A stretch of DNA of 64,000 nucleotides from Amoebidium appalachense (GCA_963693365.1 CAVNZM010000017.1:4950708-5014707); one strand, 5' to 3'. Counted from the first letter of the stretch, positions 1 to 13,829 are shown. Program-made: numbers and translations. The notes: generated by a model not told the origin, from the sequence alone.

Positions 1-186
1 GCAAGGGGGGGACTGGGGACGGAGTGCCTCATACTCACTGCGTCACATGACCAGTTTATTATTCAATTTTTATTTATCAATTTGCTAACTTATTATTATT
101 ATTATTATTTTTATTATCATCATCGTCATCATCATCACTATTATTTTTTGGGTGGTTGGGTGGGTGGGTGGGTGGGGGGGGGGGGT

Positions 187-230
<44 letters not shown>

Positions 231-233
<3 letters not shown>

Positions 234-490
234 TGAATGCGGAACACAGTACGAAGTACGCATAGACGATGAGAAGCATGATGCAGGACACATGCAAAGG
301 CAAACATTCAAGTATGCAGCATCAGCCATGCGCACAGTATGCGTCATAAGCAGAGCCCATCCTCAGGGAGGGCCCAAGTCATCAATTGCGTCTGAGTTTC
401 GACCCCTTAGCCCGCGTATATACGACGCTCCAACTCAGACAGCAGCATCAACTGAACTTGGGTGGGTCAACCCGTCTTGATCAAAGACGA
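231..490 (-). repeat. Longest copy of a dispersed poly-C-tailed repeat family (~13 copies in the window)
   Basis: On the G-strand the core reads (G)n-TT(T/A)GAATG..TTACAGAGTACGAAGTAC.CATT.A.GACG..AAACACA.. then AGCAGAGCCCATC..CTGAGTTTCG..CCAACTCA. 231-349 is nearly identical to 63559-63679. Confidence 0.8.
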
Positions 491-732
491 GCAGGGTTGC
501 TTATGCAAGCAAGGTGAGCAAAACGGTGAAGATGTGTGTGCAAACTAATGCAGTGCAGCGACAAACGCGTATGTGCTTACAGATGCACGACACAGAGCAA
601 CCATGCCCGGTTGCATGGAAGTAAAGGGGGGGGGGGGGGGGGATGCTGAGTTAAAGAAAAGATTGTGGTCCGGAATTCGAAGTACCGATAAGAAACGAAT
701 AAAAAAGTTGTGCAGAGGCGATACATTGTTTT

Positions 733-865
733 TCACAGTTCCCATGTATGGTCGATCCGATCGAGCAATGATTCGGTCTTGACCAATGTCCTATAAATAA
801 CGTGGATACACAAAAAAGACCTCTAGAAGAATATGCACCACAAGAAGACCCCGTTGTCAGGAGGG

Positions 866-925
<60 letters not shown>

Positions 926-2224
926 TTATTTTTTTTTTGGGGGGAGGGAAGGGGGGAGGGGGAGGAATATTGAATGGGTTACAGAATACGAAGTACGCAT
1001 TCATGACGAACAAAACAATCGGGGGAGGGAGAGGGGGGGGGGGGGGGGGGGATGAGATGGGGGCAAAGGGAGGAATGGTAGAGGGGAATGGGGGGAACAG
1101 GGATGTGGATTTAATGGAGAGTGTCATTTATTTTTTGTGGTCGTGGTAATAGAGAGAGAGTGTTTGTGTGTGTGTGTGGGGGGGGAAGGGCGGGGGAATG
1201 GGGAATATTGAAGGAAGAGGGTGCCATCAAGAGTGTGCACGTGTGTGTGTGTGTGTGTGTGTGTCGGTGGCAATGGTGGTTGGCGGGTGGGGGGCAGGGG
1301 GGGGTTGTTTTTGTTCTAGATGGTAGGATGTTGTGGTGGATATGGTGCGGGCTGTTCAAAGGAGCATAGAGGAGGAGCATAGCGAAAGGGCGGAAAGAGA
1401 AGGGGGAATTTACATCAAGCTATCACCTGAACCTACGACCTCTTAAGGTGAAGGCCCCTATCAATTTCGGGAGCCATTCAAACCGATCATCGACCCCAAT
1501 AGATCTAGAAATCAATGCGCTGATTGGCTAGTCGGGCGTAAATCAATCGATGAGCCCCCCTAGCTAAATTTGCAAATCGTAGATCCCCCGAAAACGAGAA
1601 GCCCTTCCCCCATTAATATTGAAATTTTATTATGAAAACCGATGATTTTGGTAGAGTAACCCGGGGGTCTCAGAGTTTCGCTACTCATATTGTAGGAGCT
1701 GCCTATTGGGAAATTTGCAGTAAAAGGACAGCCCCCCTTTATATGACAAGCAAAATTCTGATTGATAGGGGCCTTGATGAGTGAAAGTGTGTCTGTGTGG
1801 TGGTGGCGGCGGCTTTTTATCCATAATATTATCATTATTATTGGGGAAAAGGGGGGGGGGGGGGGGGGGGGGGGGGATTACTCAGAAGTTCGGCGACATC
1901 AAAGTCTGATGACGTTCTTGGAGGAATGACATTTTTGGATGCGACATATCCTGCAAATATTTTGGGCGGATACGTTAGAGGAGAAGGGGGGTAGGCCATG
2001 TCTCCCCCTATCTAGAAATGACTGGCAAACACAATGCAGTTGAAAGTGAACGGTCAATAGAATCAAGGGTATTATTCCTCAGTCAATTTCACGGCACTAC
2101 CGTCCCCCCCCCCCCCCCCCCCCCCCCCCTCCCCCCTCCTCCTACCATCATTATGCAGTAAATGTACACCTACCTCTGTTTGCCATCTCAACTTGTTGTC
2201 CAAGCAAACACTTCACATATATTC

Positions 2225-2293
<69 letters not shown>

Positions 2294-3743
2294 ACCCATC
2301 CACCCCTTCCATCACCACCGCCACCACCAAAAAACACAGTCTCCTTCATCAAAAAAGAAAACAAGGAGCATACCAGAGGAACAGAAGCAGGTATTCATGA
2401 GAAATCTAATGCACACGCACAACCATACCCAGACAAATACACACACACATGTGCATGCATGCACGTGCGAGCACAAGCACATGCACACAACCACACACAC
2501 ACACATGTGCAGTCCCACACACACACACACGTGCATTTGCTGGCTCCCGACGACACAAGGAGAGGGGGTGGGGAGAGGACGGAGGATGAGAGAGGGAGCA
2601 AGACAGAGGCACAGAGGGGGAGAGAGAAAGGCGGGAGGGAGGGGGAGGGGGAGGGAGGGAGGGAGAGAGAGAGGGGACGGGGAGAGGGAGAGGGTGGGGG
2701 TGGGGGGAGGGAGAGGAGAGAGAGACAGAGAGAGAGAGGGGGGGGGGGGGGGGGGGAGGGAGGGAGGGGGAGCGAGAGGGAGGAGGAGGAGGGGGGGGGG
2801 GGGGGGGGGGGAGGGAGGCAGGGAGGGAGGGAAAGAAGAATAGTGTGTGCCCGGTGTGTGTGTGTGTAAATGGTTAGGTAGATGGATCAGAATGTCCATC
2901 CCACGTTACCCCCCCCCCCCCCCTCCCCCCCCCCCCCCCCCTTCCTCCTCCTCCCCCGGTCTTCCACCGAACAACACCACCTACCCGCACCCACTCACCC
3001 ACTCACCCATCCACACCGACACACCCACCCACGCACCCACGCACACGTTATTTTTTTATTTTTATTTTTATTTCTTTATTTTTTTTTGGGGGGGGGGGGG
3101 GGGGGAGAGAGAGAGAGAGGGGGGGGAGGGGGGGGGGGGGGGTATAAGGTGACACATGGTTAAAACCACATCCCACCTACCATTATTCTGCTTTGGTTCG
3201 GTACTAGGTACGGGTGTAGCAACAACATTTTCCTTCCCACCGGTCAAAACCCCGAGCGGCTGGGTGTTGGTGTGTTGGGCCATGGCAGGGGAACCCGCAG
3301 GCTGCCAGGATAGTTGGTTAGTGGGATATGTGCCAGATATACACAGGTGAAACGGGGATATAATGGGCTCAATACGAGATGAATGCAGATGAAATGTGGG
3401 ATATATCAGATATGCGCGAGAAAAATGCAGAAATAAGTGATATAATCTGATGTATGCAAGATAGGTCAATTACCAAGAGGGGTTTGACTGGACATGTGCG
3501 AGATAAAAGCAGCTGAAACGGGGGATATCCCAAATATCACATTGGACACGGGAAGAACTCACTTGAGGTTATGTTCAAGAACGTGGTGGTGGTGGTTGAT
3601 TTTTTTTTATTATTTTTTTTTGGGGGGGGGGGGGGGGGGGGGGATGTGTGTTTGAGGAAGTGATGGCCATAAATTGTTCACAGGTCTTAATGTGCAATTG
3701 TGCAGGAATATGTATGTGTGTTTCCGAGCGTGTGGTGTGTGGC

Positions 3744-3795
<52 letters not shown>

Positions 3796-4117
3796 GGGGG
3801 AGGGGGGGGGGGGGGGGGGGGGGGGGGCGGGGCGAGGGAGTTTGCAATCCAAGGTGGTGTTTTTTTTGTCAAGATAGCTTTATCCATCATATATCCATAA
3901 TATGGAGGATGAAGGCAATAGAATAACCGAAAATGAAGGGAACATGCAGAGATATACCTGTTCAGGCTGTGCCTGTGTTAGTGGGTCGGAACACAACATG
4001 ATTGTGTACTTGGAGAGTGTTTCCACCTATGTGTTTGTGTGTCCTGTATCCTTGATGGTGTATGATTGGAGACTGTTAGTGGCTGTGAAATAGATTACAG
4101 AAGCAGGAAGAGGGTAG

Positions 4118-4154
<37 letters not shown>

Positions 4155-4507
4155 CGTGCGTGCGTGTGAGCGCGCTCGTGCGCGTTTGTGTGTGTGGTGG
4201 TGGTCGTGGGAGGTAGGGGGGGTGGGACAGGCACGGGAGCCAGGAGGAGGGGTGGTGGAAGGGAAGGAGATACAGAGAGCTTCATGAGAGTTTGGGATGA
4301 AGGGCGGAGAGTAATGCAACCGTGAAAGAGATGTGTGTGTGCGCGCACGTGCACGCCTGTGAGTGAATAGACAGTGTGAGAAGAGAGCAGGTAAAAAGGG
4401 AATAGGAAGGAAAACCATTGGAACAGGTAGAGAGAGGGGAATGACTAAAGGTCTTACAGGGACATGTGCCCTTGTGAATCTGAGAACGGATGAATGTGGA
4501 GTGTGTG

Positions 4508-4547
<40 letters not shown>

Positions 4548-4855
4548 TGAATGAGTGGCATGCATGTGTGTGCGCATCTGTGTGAAACGACTCTCTACTT
4601 TTCGTTGGGTGGTGGGCAAAACACGTGTAAAATCACGTGGGAGAGAGAATTCATCTTCAAAAAAGAGCATTCAGTTAACGTGTGCTGTGAAAAGGTGCCT
4701 GTGTTTTCGTGTGTCGTGGTAATCCCCTTCAAACCCTCCCGTCATCCCCTCTACCCACAGAGTCACCCTTCTCCCTGCAACCTCCCCCAACCCCCCCCCC
4801 CCCCCCCCCCCGGGGCCCATCACGTGTGTTGTATGTGTGTTTGCGTGTGTGTGTT

Positions 4856-4891
<36 letters not shown>

Positions 4892-5663
4892 CCTGTGTGT
4901 TGTGGGTGCACGTGCGTGAGTGCGTGCGTGCGAGTATGTGTGTGTGGGGGGGAAGGGGGAGGGGAATTTGCGGGGGGGAGGGGGGGGGAGGAGGAGGAGC
5001 AAAAGTGTGTGTTGGTGGATGGATTTACTGGCTGTCCCACCTGCCTTCTTAGATTAGGTGTTTACAAGAATAACTTCGTGTATGTACGCTCCCCTCACAC
5101 ACTCTCCCTTCCCCTCTCATCAGCCCAACTTGTGCTTCTAAGTGGGTCCATGTGACTCATTAAGTTCCTACAAGTCAACACTAACTCTGCATAAAGCTTG
5201 AGTGTTTGTGATTGCGACTAATATCAGTAAAAATCCTGAGGTATGATGAGAGTATACACAATATCATCCTTTGGTTGATGAGTTCCATCTGTGAAAGCAG
5301 GAGTATGGGAAGCGTGTTTCTTGAACAGAGAGCCCGAAAGTATGTCTTCTGCTGTGCTTTTGTCCTTTGTGTCTGTTATATTGGTGCGAAAAATGTGCTG
5401 GCTTGTGTGTGTTCATACTTGCGTGTATATGTGTGTGGGGGGGGTAAAAGGTGGTGGTGGTTGTGGTCGTGGTGGATGGGGGAGAGGTGGGGGGAGGGGA
5501 GGGGGGGGGGGGGGGGGGGGAGGGAGTTTTACCTAGGAAGACGGGAAAGGGTGTGGCCTTTGCTTCTTGTGCCTTTTGACGGTGCAGGACATCTGAGGGT
5601 CCAAAAACGCCACGAAAAAGCCTTTATCGATTTCTTCTTGTGCAATTGTGATCCTCGAAGTAG
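733..5663 (-). CDS. Putative multi-exon gene of unknown function. 3' exons are phase-compatible; 5' exons are unresolved.
   Basis: Non-repetitive islands bounded by AG/GT on the minus strand splice in frame: 4026-3958 (VETLSKYTIMLCSDPLTQAQPEQ), 3301-3181 (PAGSPAMAQ...EPKQNNG), 1950-1882 (YVASKNVIPPRTSSDFDVAELL), micro-exon ~1432-1414, and 790-733 (MTLVKTESLLDRIDHTWEL*). Candidate upstream exons at ~4479-4458 and 5663-5533 are not securely joined. Confidence 0.4.
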
Positions 5664-5969
5664 CTGTAAATAGGGCAACAAGATATGTCCCTGGGCCTTT
5701 TGCGCCCTTTCAGACACCTACTACAACACCAAAGCACCTATGCTCACGTTTCTCGTCACTAATTACCAAGTTACCCTTTTTGCTTCCTTACTACCAAAGC
5801 TGCACTTCCCGTGTGTTTCGTTTTTTCCCCACTTTTTGCTTGGTCTTTTAACCCTTTTTTTTCACCTCATGTTCGTGGCCAAAATCCTCCTCCGGCAACC
5901 CCAGCCGACGCCTACTTTGCAGTGTTATGGCGGTTGTGGGGCCGAACGTTGGGTGAACGTGCTTGAACA

Positions 5970-6025
5970 AACGGCCCGCCAAATGGATACGAGATTTGAT
6001 TGGCTGTTGCTCCCGCCAAAAATTT
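5970..6025. promoter_or_regulatory. Two E2F-like sites plus a CCAAT box in the divergent promoter region
   Basis: CCCGCCAAA (~5975) and TCCCGCCAAA (6011), i.e. TTTGGCGGG(A) on the minus strand, flank GATTGG (~5998). They lie between the minus-strand gene and the esterase. Motif match only. Confidence 0.3.
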
Positions 6026-6621
6026 AAAGTTCCCTGATTTGGAAAAGGGAAATTTTTTGGCTCGACTCATTCACCGTATCACTGAGGTGCTGCCACTCAT
6101 TCAGCTAAGTTCGGTGTGCGGCGTTTCAAAACGAGGGGGAACAAGTTTGGGTTGCGCTTGTGAGAAGCGAAACAAGTGGGTAAAAAATAGGAGAAAATAT
6201 TTTGTAAGGACAGAAGTTGCACTCTGTTTGTCCTTTTTGTGTCTTTGCAACAGAGCACCATGCGGGTGCTCCTGTAGGTACATATCTCCAACTTGAGTCC
6301 GGAGTATCGTGTGTGCAAGCCCTACTATAAGCATGTCAGAACACGTTCGCCAGGAACGCGTGCCATGTTCTGTTCGGTATACGCGCTCGAGTCTTCGCAC
6401 AAAAAAGCAACCTCAGGTAACGTAGATGTCTTTGTGGTGCCCGTAACCCCTGGCAGACTTCATCATCTGGGACTCTATAGCGTGTGCCCCTTCTCTCTCT
6501 CCCTCCACCCATTACCCTTTGCTCCTCTCCCCCCCCTCCTCCCCTTTTTTTTTAACCTTACTCTACTTACTCTACCACATCCAAATAGAGTAATCGTTTC
6601 TTACGTTCCAGAGTGTGTAAA

Positions 6622-8037
6622 ATGGCTAAAACAAAAGAGTTCATTTGCATCCTGCCATCCTGCCTGTTTTTCTTCCTTCTGATCTCCCTCCTCCCCAACG
6701 TCTCTGCCGCACCCATTATTCCCGAAAACGCCGTTGTTGATCCTTCCCGGTGTGCCTACTCACCATTTATAGACAACCGGCAGTACTGCCAGTATGATGC
6801 CTTCCCTGTGTGTAACATGACCACATCCACCACCTATTGCTCCTTGTCATCCCTTCCCCACGCCAAAACCATAAGCATTCTTCCCGGAAACAACACACAC
6901 TGCCTCAACGAGAGTGCCCCTTTCTACTTTCAAGTACTTCCAGGAAATACGGAAAAACTTCTCATCTGGTTCTATGGTGGTGGTGCATGTTGGTCAAATG
7001 ACATTAACGCCGTGGGCTCATGCGCACAATCACCGGAACCGGGGTCGCTCCCTATTACCACATGGGTCTTCAACACAGCATACAGCCTAACATCTGGCAT
7101 GTACAACCGCACACGAAACAACGCATTATTCGGTGATTATACTATTGTCGCCATTCATTATTGCTCCGGAGATGTTCACGCTGGAAATAGCGTACGCGTG
7201 TATCGAAATGCAACTACGAATGAAACCATCACTACTGTACGGCAATCGGGCACGAATAACACCATGGCTGCGCTAAACTGGATTTTCGAAAACATCCCCC
7301 GACCAAAACAGATGATCATCGGGGGTTGCTCAGCGGGATCACTGGGCGCACAGTTGTGGGCAAACTACATCTATCACCACTACAGTACATCTTTGAGCGG
7401 GAATGCACCACATACAGCTGTTATAGCGGACAGTTATGCAGTTATACTTCCTGAAAACCAACGTACACTGTTTACACAAAGCAACTTGGATGAATCACCC
7501 GCTTTGGAATACTTGTCACCCGAACAACGTGCCAAATTGATGGCGGGAGATTTGTATTGGTGTGAACTGACAAATTACTATCAGGATCAGTTACCGAATG
7601 TGACTTTCACGGCGGTTCAATCTGCTTTTGATGCCGTTCAGATGTTCTACTACGGCTTGATCTACGCGAATGCGAACCATTCGTATACCCACGGATCTGA
7701 GACGCCTGCATGTGCAAATGGCAGCGTACCCACCACCGGAAACCTGACTAGGGAAGAGTTTGACAACAGCACATTGGCGCTGTACAAATCATACATAACG
7801 ACGGGTTCGCCCAATTTCACGCCATTTATCATCAATTCGACGCAACATTGCTGGTTGGAGAATGAAGATGTGTATGATGTCAATGTTACTGATGCGGCAA
7901 CTGGTAGAGTAGTGAGGATGGTTGATTGGTTGGAGAGGCTGCCGTTGGGGGATGAGAACAGGGAGATTTCTACTGTGTGTGATGAAACGTTGTATTGTCC
8001 TGAACCGGTCAGGAGTAATAGGGTGACTGTTGTGTAA
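6622..8037 (+). CDS. Secreted pectin acetylesterase (CE13)/Notum-like alpha/beta-hydrolase, 471 aa, intronless CDS
   Basis: Long non-repetitive ORF with a hydrophobic signal peptide. Family motifs in order: LIWFYGGGACW, IHYCSGDVHAG, nucleophile elbow GGCSAGSLG, SAFDAVQ (Asp), STQHCW (His). Many N-X-S/T sites. Probable 5'UTR intron at 6417-6588. Confidence 0.88.
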   Translation: MAKTKEFICILPSCLFFFLLISLLPNVSAAPIIPENAVVDPSRCAYSPFIDNRQYCQYDAFPVCNMTTSTTYCSLSSLPHAKTISILPGNNTHCLNESAPFYFQVLPGNTEKLLIWFYGGGACWSNDINAVGSCAQSPEPGSLPITTWVFNTAYSLTSGMYNRTRNNALFGDYTIVAIHYCSGDVHAGNSVRVYRNATTNETITTVRQSGTNNTMAALNWIFENIPRPKQMIIGGCSAGSLGAQLWANYIYHHYSTSLSGNAPHTAVIADSYAVILPENQRTLFTQSNLDESPALEYLSPEQRAKLMAGDLYWCELTNYYQDQLPNVTFTAVQSAFDAVQMFYYGLIYANANHSYTHGSETPACANGSVPTTGNLTREEFDNSTLALYKSYITTGSPNFTPFIINSTQHCWLENEDVYDVNVTDAATGRVVRMVDWLERLPLGDENREISTVCDETLYCPEPVRSNRVTVV

Positions 8038-8412
8038 ATATGTTGATTATTCATATCTATCTGTATGTATGTAGGAATATATGTATAGGGTTATTTATAT
8101 ATCTATCTATCTGTATGTATGTAGAAATATATATAGGGTTATATATATATGGAGAATTTGTTTGTTCATATCCTCTCGTATACGTGCTTCGGAAGCACAC
8201 TGCCTTTCAATGCATGTTTGGTCTTCTTATATGCCATATGTACAATATGTACATGTACATACTAGTGTTGATTTCGCTGGTTCGTTGCATGTACGTATAC
8301 ATGTATGGATCGAACTCGCCCTCTTTTCTCTTTGAATCACTTCAATAAAAAAAAAAGCTTTTGACTTGACTGTATAAGGAATTGAAAGATTCTAAGCATG
8401 GCAAAAACCGTA

Positions 8413-8464
<52 letters not shown>

Positions 8465-8652
8465 CACCACCACCACCACCACCCACCCACCCACCCACCC
8501 ACCCACCCAAAAAGGGGGGGGGGGGGGGGGGGGGGGGGGGGGAGAGGTCTCCACATGTATTATGATACACACACGATCTGGGACTCCCATACACAAGGTT
8601 AACTCTCCCAGCTCACTTTCCCCACATTCCTCACAGTTGCATGGACCCATGC

Positions 8653-9084
8653 TCAGTTTATGTTGAGCCCAGCCAGAGGGTGTGGTGGTGGTTTAACCCC
8701 TCTTAGCCACACATTCCGGAGAAGCGTGTTCTCGAACCTCCGTACCTGCAAAGGCCAGGGCAGGAAAGGGGGGGGGGGGGATTCAGGATTCAGGAAGACA
8801 GGGGAAACGGGGGGAGGGATAATGAAGTGTTAGGGGGACTCGATAAGTCGGAGGGAATCCAGGTCGGCACGTGTGTGTGTGTGTTTGTGGGAGGGGGTGG
8901 GGGGTGAGGGGGGTAGGGGGGGGGGGGGGGGGATTAAGAATATGAATAGTTAACAATGAATCGATTTAAAGGGAGGGAGTGGGGGGGGGGGAGGTGGGGA
9001 AGAGGGGGTCAAGCCCGGCCAGATGTCTCCCCTTACTGTATGCCCCATTCTCTTCCTCATTGGGCTGTCTATCTTCTTCTCTCT

Positions 9085-9115
<31 letters not shown>

Positions 9116-9281
9116 CCCCCCCCCCCCCCCCCCCCTCTCTCTTCCTCCCCCTTCCCACCCCCCAACCCCCCTTCCATCCCTCCTGTCCTACTCTCTCTCT
9201 CTCTCTCTCTCTCTCCCTCCCCCCCCCCCTCTCTCAGCTCTCTCTCTCTCTCTTTCTCCCCCCCCCCCCCTCCCCCTCTTC

Positions 9282-9323
<42 letters not shown>

Positions 9324-10426
9324 TTCTGCAAGAAAGAGAGAAAGAAAAGAAAAGAAAAAACCCTTACAGCCTGAACAATATGCTAAAGAAGCGATAACCC
9401 TGAGGGTAGTTGTGATAGACAGACAGGAACACCGGGTGGCCGAAGGCGGCGGCGGCAGCGGCGGTGGTGGTGGTTGGGTGGGTGGGTTTGGGGGGGGGGG
9501 GGAGGGGGGGGGGTGATTGTGCTACAGAATACGATGTACGCACAACACAAAGCAGAGGGGTGGGGAGGGCGGCAGGGGAAAGGTGGAAACCATAAGGCCT
9601 AGAGAGGGGAGGGAGGGGAGGGAGGGGGGATAGATATAATCGCTCACCCACTTGGCGGCCGTATTATCACCCTTGAGTGTCAGGGGCATTGTGTGGATGG
9701 TGAGCATTCCGTTCATGTTTCCGAACACAACATCGGTAAGGAGACGGTCACCCACAAATACAACACTAGAACTAGGTAGGCCTAGTTGGGATAGAAGCTC
9801 GTTTCCTCCCTCGGGTTTCTGTGAAGTGGGTGAAGAAACAGTGAAGGCGAGCAGACGGTGGTGTATGTGTGTGCGTGTACGCGCGCGCGTGTGTGTGTGT
9901 GCGTGTGTGTGTTTGTGTGTGTATGTGTGTGTGTGTGTGCGTATGTGTGTGGAAAATGGGGAATATGCAGATATATTAGTCAACATGGGGGGAGGGGGCC
10001 GGGGGGGGGGGGGGGGGGGGTATGCGTTAGAGGGTTGGAAATATGGAGGAGACAACAAGAGCAACAACAAAACGTCACAATCGTGGGGAATCCAAAATCA
10101 AATAATTAAGCGTGCAGGCACAAGACACTTGAACAGAGCCCATCATCAGGGGGGCCGGGGGGGGGGGGGGGGGGGGGGGGGGATCAGGAGATGGGGAAGT
10201 GGGGAGATGGGATGGCTTGACAGCACAGTGTATCCGTGTTTTGCTGCCCCATAACTTTTTTATAACCACAGCAACAACAACAGGTGTATTTGTGGTGGGT
10301 GCCAAGTACCCCCTCCCCCCCCCCTCCTCCCCCTCTCTTCCCCTCCCCTTATCTCGTCTCTTAAAAACCCTGTGCAAACACACCTACCAACACACAACAC
10401 GCACGCAGGCGCGCGCACACACACCC

Positions 10427-10497
<71 letters not shown>

Positions 10498-11369
10498 TCT
10501 TGCCGTGCCTTATGACCTGTACCCCGAGGGCACCTTCCAGCTTTTCAGCCTAGCTGGTACCACCCACCGTCAGTAAATTGTTGCCATAAATAGAACATTG
10601 CTGCCATAAATAGATATATCTGACTACATTCCGCATAGAGCCCACCCCCCCCCCTCCCTTCCCCACCTCTTCCACTCCCCCCCCCCCCCCCCTCCCAACT
10701 CTCTCTCCCCCCTCCCCTCCCCTTCCCCCCCCCCCCCCCCCCCCCCCCCCCCCACACACACCACCACCACCACCACCACCACCAACACCACGACACACAC
10801 ACACACACACCCTCCTAGCCGCCTCGCAAAATAACAAATGGAAAAACACACGGTGCTTGCCCTTCATCTCTTCGTGACCCATTTTTCTTTCACCTTTAAA
10901 ATCCTCCCCATCCCCGTTTGCTCAAGTAATCCTCTCAATAATGAGAGTTAAGGTAACATCAGGACATACACGTTTGGGTTACACAATAAAATCACTTTTT
11001 ATCAGGTTGATATAACATGTGATTTTAGGTACACCAGCACCATAAGAGGAAAGGATGGTAAACTCACGTGTGGTGTGTGGTGTGGAAAGAAAGAGGGGGA
11101 GGGGGGAGCAGTTGGGAGGTGTTGCAGAGTACGAGGTACAAATTCTTGACGAAAAACACAATGCATATTGCAAAGCGCACACAAAGATGCACCACAAGCA
11201 GAGCCCATCTCAGAGGTTCCCAAGTCATCCAAAGCACCTGAGTTTCGGCATTTTCATCCAGTCAACGAACCCCAACTCATACTGTTTACCTTGAACATGG
11301 GTTTTGGGGACGCAGGGAGTGGATTTTCTTTCTTTCTTTCTTTCTTTCTTTCTTTTCTTTTTTTTTTTT

Positions 11370-11401
<32 letters not shown>

Positions 11402-11646
11402 TCAGACCTCAATCATGTTTGTGTCGTCTTTGGAGCCTGCCGAATTGGACACGATGGCAACGTTATTTCCAAACACACGCCGGCACTCGGTAAATGCATC
11501 CTGAATAGAAAGTCCAATCAGCAAAGGTGCCTTGGGAATATTGTTGGTATAAAAACCCACATTTCTGGTATAACACTCGGAATTGGGGGGTAACAATCAC
11601 TCAGGAAAGGGGGCAAGGTCAACTCACAGGGCACAGGGGGAGGGGG

Positions 11647-11678
<32 letters not shown>

Positions 11679-12122
11679 AGACGGCAAACTATTCAGAAAG
11701 GCATGCAGACTTCGAAAAAGGATTGTACCCATATGGGGGGAAAAGTGAAAGAGACATACTTTGACAGTTCGATATATCTCAAAGGCAGGAACACTTAAAA
11801 AACGACATTGACATATAGAAGAAGAAGTTTGATAGTTGGATGTATAAGAGTCAGATAATACAAGAATCCTTGATGATTGGGGATATCTCCGGAGGGTATG
11901 AGAGTTGGATAATTCAGAAATTCAAGAAATTAGAGTTAGATAACTAATACAGAAATCCTTCATCGTTGGGTATCTCTCCAGAAAAGATGGAGATAATAGA
12001 AGTTTACCTTGATAGTCGGGTATATCTCAAGGGCATATGGTGCAGTCAGGCAGTTATCTTTGTCAAACACAATGGCCCTGCACCCGCCTTTGTGCAGAGC
12101 GCTAAAGTCTATGTGGCTGATA

Positions 12123-12186
<64 letters not shown>

Positions 12187-12975
12187 CGCGCGCGTGCGTG
12201 TGCGTGTGCGTGTGTGTGTGTGTGTGTGTTGTGTGTGTGCGCGCGTGGGGGTAGCCGGGGGAGGGAAGGTGGGGAGGGGTCCAAGAGGGGAGGAGGGGGA
12301 TGGGTTTGCTTCTGTGCTTACGGGTTTGAGTGTGAGTTTGTGCAAATATGCGTGCCCATTTGGGGATTTTTTTTTTTTTGGTGTGTGTTTGGGGTGAAGG
12401 GGGGGGGGGGGGGGGGGGGGGGGGCTGTTAGTGCAATGGAGGAGGTCAGTGGGGAGATGATCTGGGCAAGCTAAAGGGTGGACGGGCTGGGGAGGGTGGG
12501 GGTGGGGTGGGGGGCAGGGGGCTAGGTAGGACAGAGTGTTGAAAATTTCACGAACAGTAAAACACACCCATTTTTTTCGTATCATTGATTGACCTCCCCG
12601 GGGAAGGGGGGAGGGGAAGGGGAGAAAGGGGAGGGGAGGGAAGGGGGGGGGGGGGGGGGGGGGGGGAAAGGGGGAGAGAGGGGGCATGGGGGTGGGGGGG
12701 TGGGGGGTGGGGGGGTGCGTGCTCATAACGCGGTGCACGTGCGTGGTTGTGCGTGACTTTATGCTGCGAAGGTGTGTGTGTGTGTGTTGGTAGGTCCGTT
12801 TATATCGCAAGGGGGAGGGGGGGGGGGGAAGGGGGGGAGGGGGGGGGGGGGGGGAAGGGGGGGAGGGGGGGAAGAATTAACCTTTGACAGAGAAATGAGG
12901 CACAGCCAAGGACCGTCTTGTGGTCAACACACTAACGGCTGTGCGCACAGCAACTGGGTTCCAGCCTTGACCCAT
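8653..12975 (-). CDS. GEP4: Mitochondrial phosphatidylglycerophosphatase, GEP4/YqeG-type HAD IIIA family, 6 exons, 206 aa
   Basis: Exons 12975-12882, 12123-12008, 11500-11408, 10549-10496, 9818-9648 and 8745-8653 all have GT-AG boundaries and sum to 621 nt. Translation shows MGQGWN...VPHFSVKDI, HAD motif I AIVFDKDNCLTAPY, IVSNSAGS, HGKKKP, motif IV VFVGDRLLTDV, and C-terminal RRFEN...GVKPPPHP. Confidence 0.92.
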
Positions 12976-13493
12976 ACTGGCCGAGTTGTGGTTGCCTCGA
13001 ACGAGAGCTGGAATGTGCGAGATCTGTAAGTGCCTGCCTGTGCTCTTTGGTTCTCAAAGAGAAATGAAAAAGGAGGAATATTATTGAACATTGATTAGTT
13101 AGCGAGCTTGGCAGGGTCATTTTCAGTTGGATTAGGGACATGGTCTCAAAGGCATCGAAAAGGATGCAGCGTGTCACGGTGTGTGTGTGTGTGGAAGGGG
13201 GAAGGGGGGGGGGGGGGGGGAGGGGGGGGGGGGGGGGGGGAGGAGGGGGGAGGGGGTTCAAGATGAAAGGGGGGAGAAGTGTTGGTGGCGGCAACAAAGG
13301 GCGTTGGGAGGCTAGGGGGAGTACAAGGGGCTCTGAAGAGTTTGGAGGAGACACTTTACTACCGAGATCTGGTGGAGTGGGGGTGTACTGTATGTGTGCG
13401 TGTGTGCAAGTGCGTGCGCGGGTGTGTTTGTAAGCTAGTGTAGGTGGGTGAGTGGTTGGGTGGACGGATGGGTGAGAGGGTGGGAAGCTGTGC

Positions 13494-13562
<69 letters not shown>

Positions 13563-13829
13563 GGTGTAGGTGAGAAGCTGTGGTTGCAATTGAATACGCC
13601 CGTGCGTGTGTGCGAGTGTGTGTGCTGTGTGTGTGCGCCTGTGTGTGGGAGGGGGGAAGGGGGAGGATGACAACAGCAGATCCAAAAAAGGTACAAGAAC
13701 CAAAGGGAATTTCAGAGAACCACACACACTGAGCACAGACCAAAGGTGGTAAAACACCCTGCTAAACTTACGTGTCTATATGTTCAAATCCATCAAGTGC
13801 ACTATAACTTGCTGCTTGCCTTCGGTGAC

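Noticed and set aside
7662-8054. 130-aa minus-strand ORF
   Set aside because: It is the antisense shadow of the esterase CDS.
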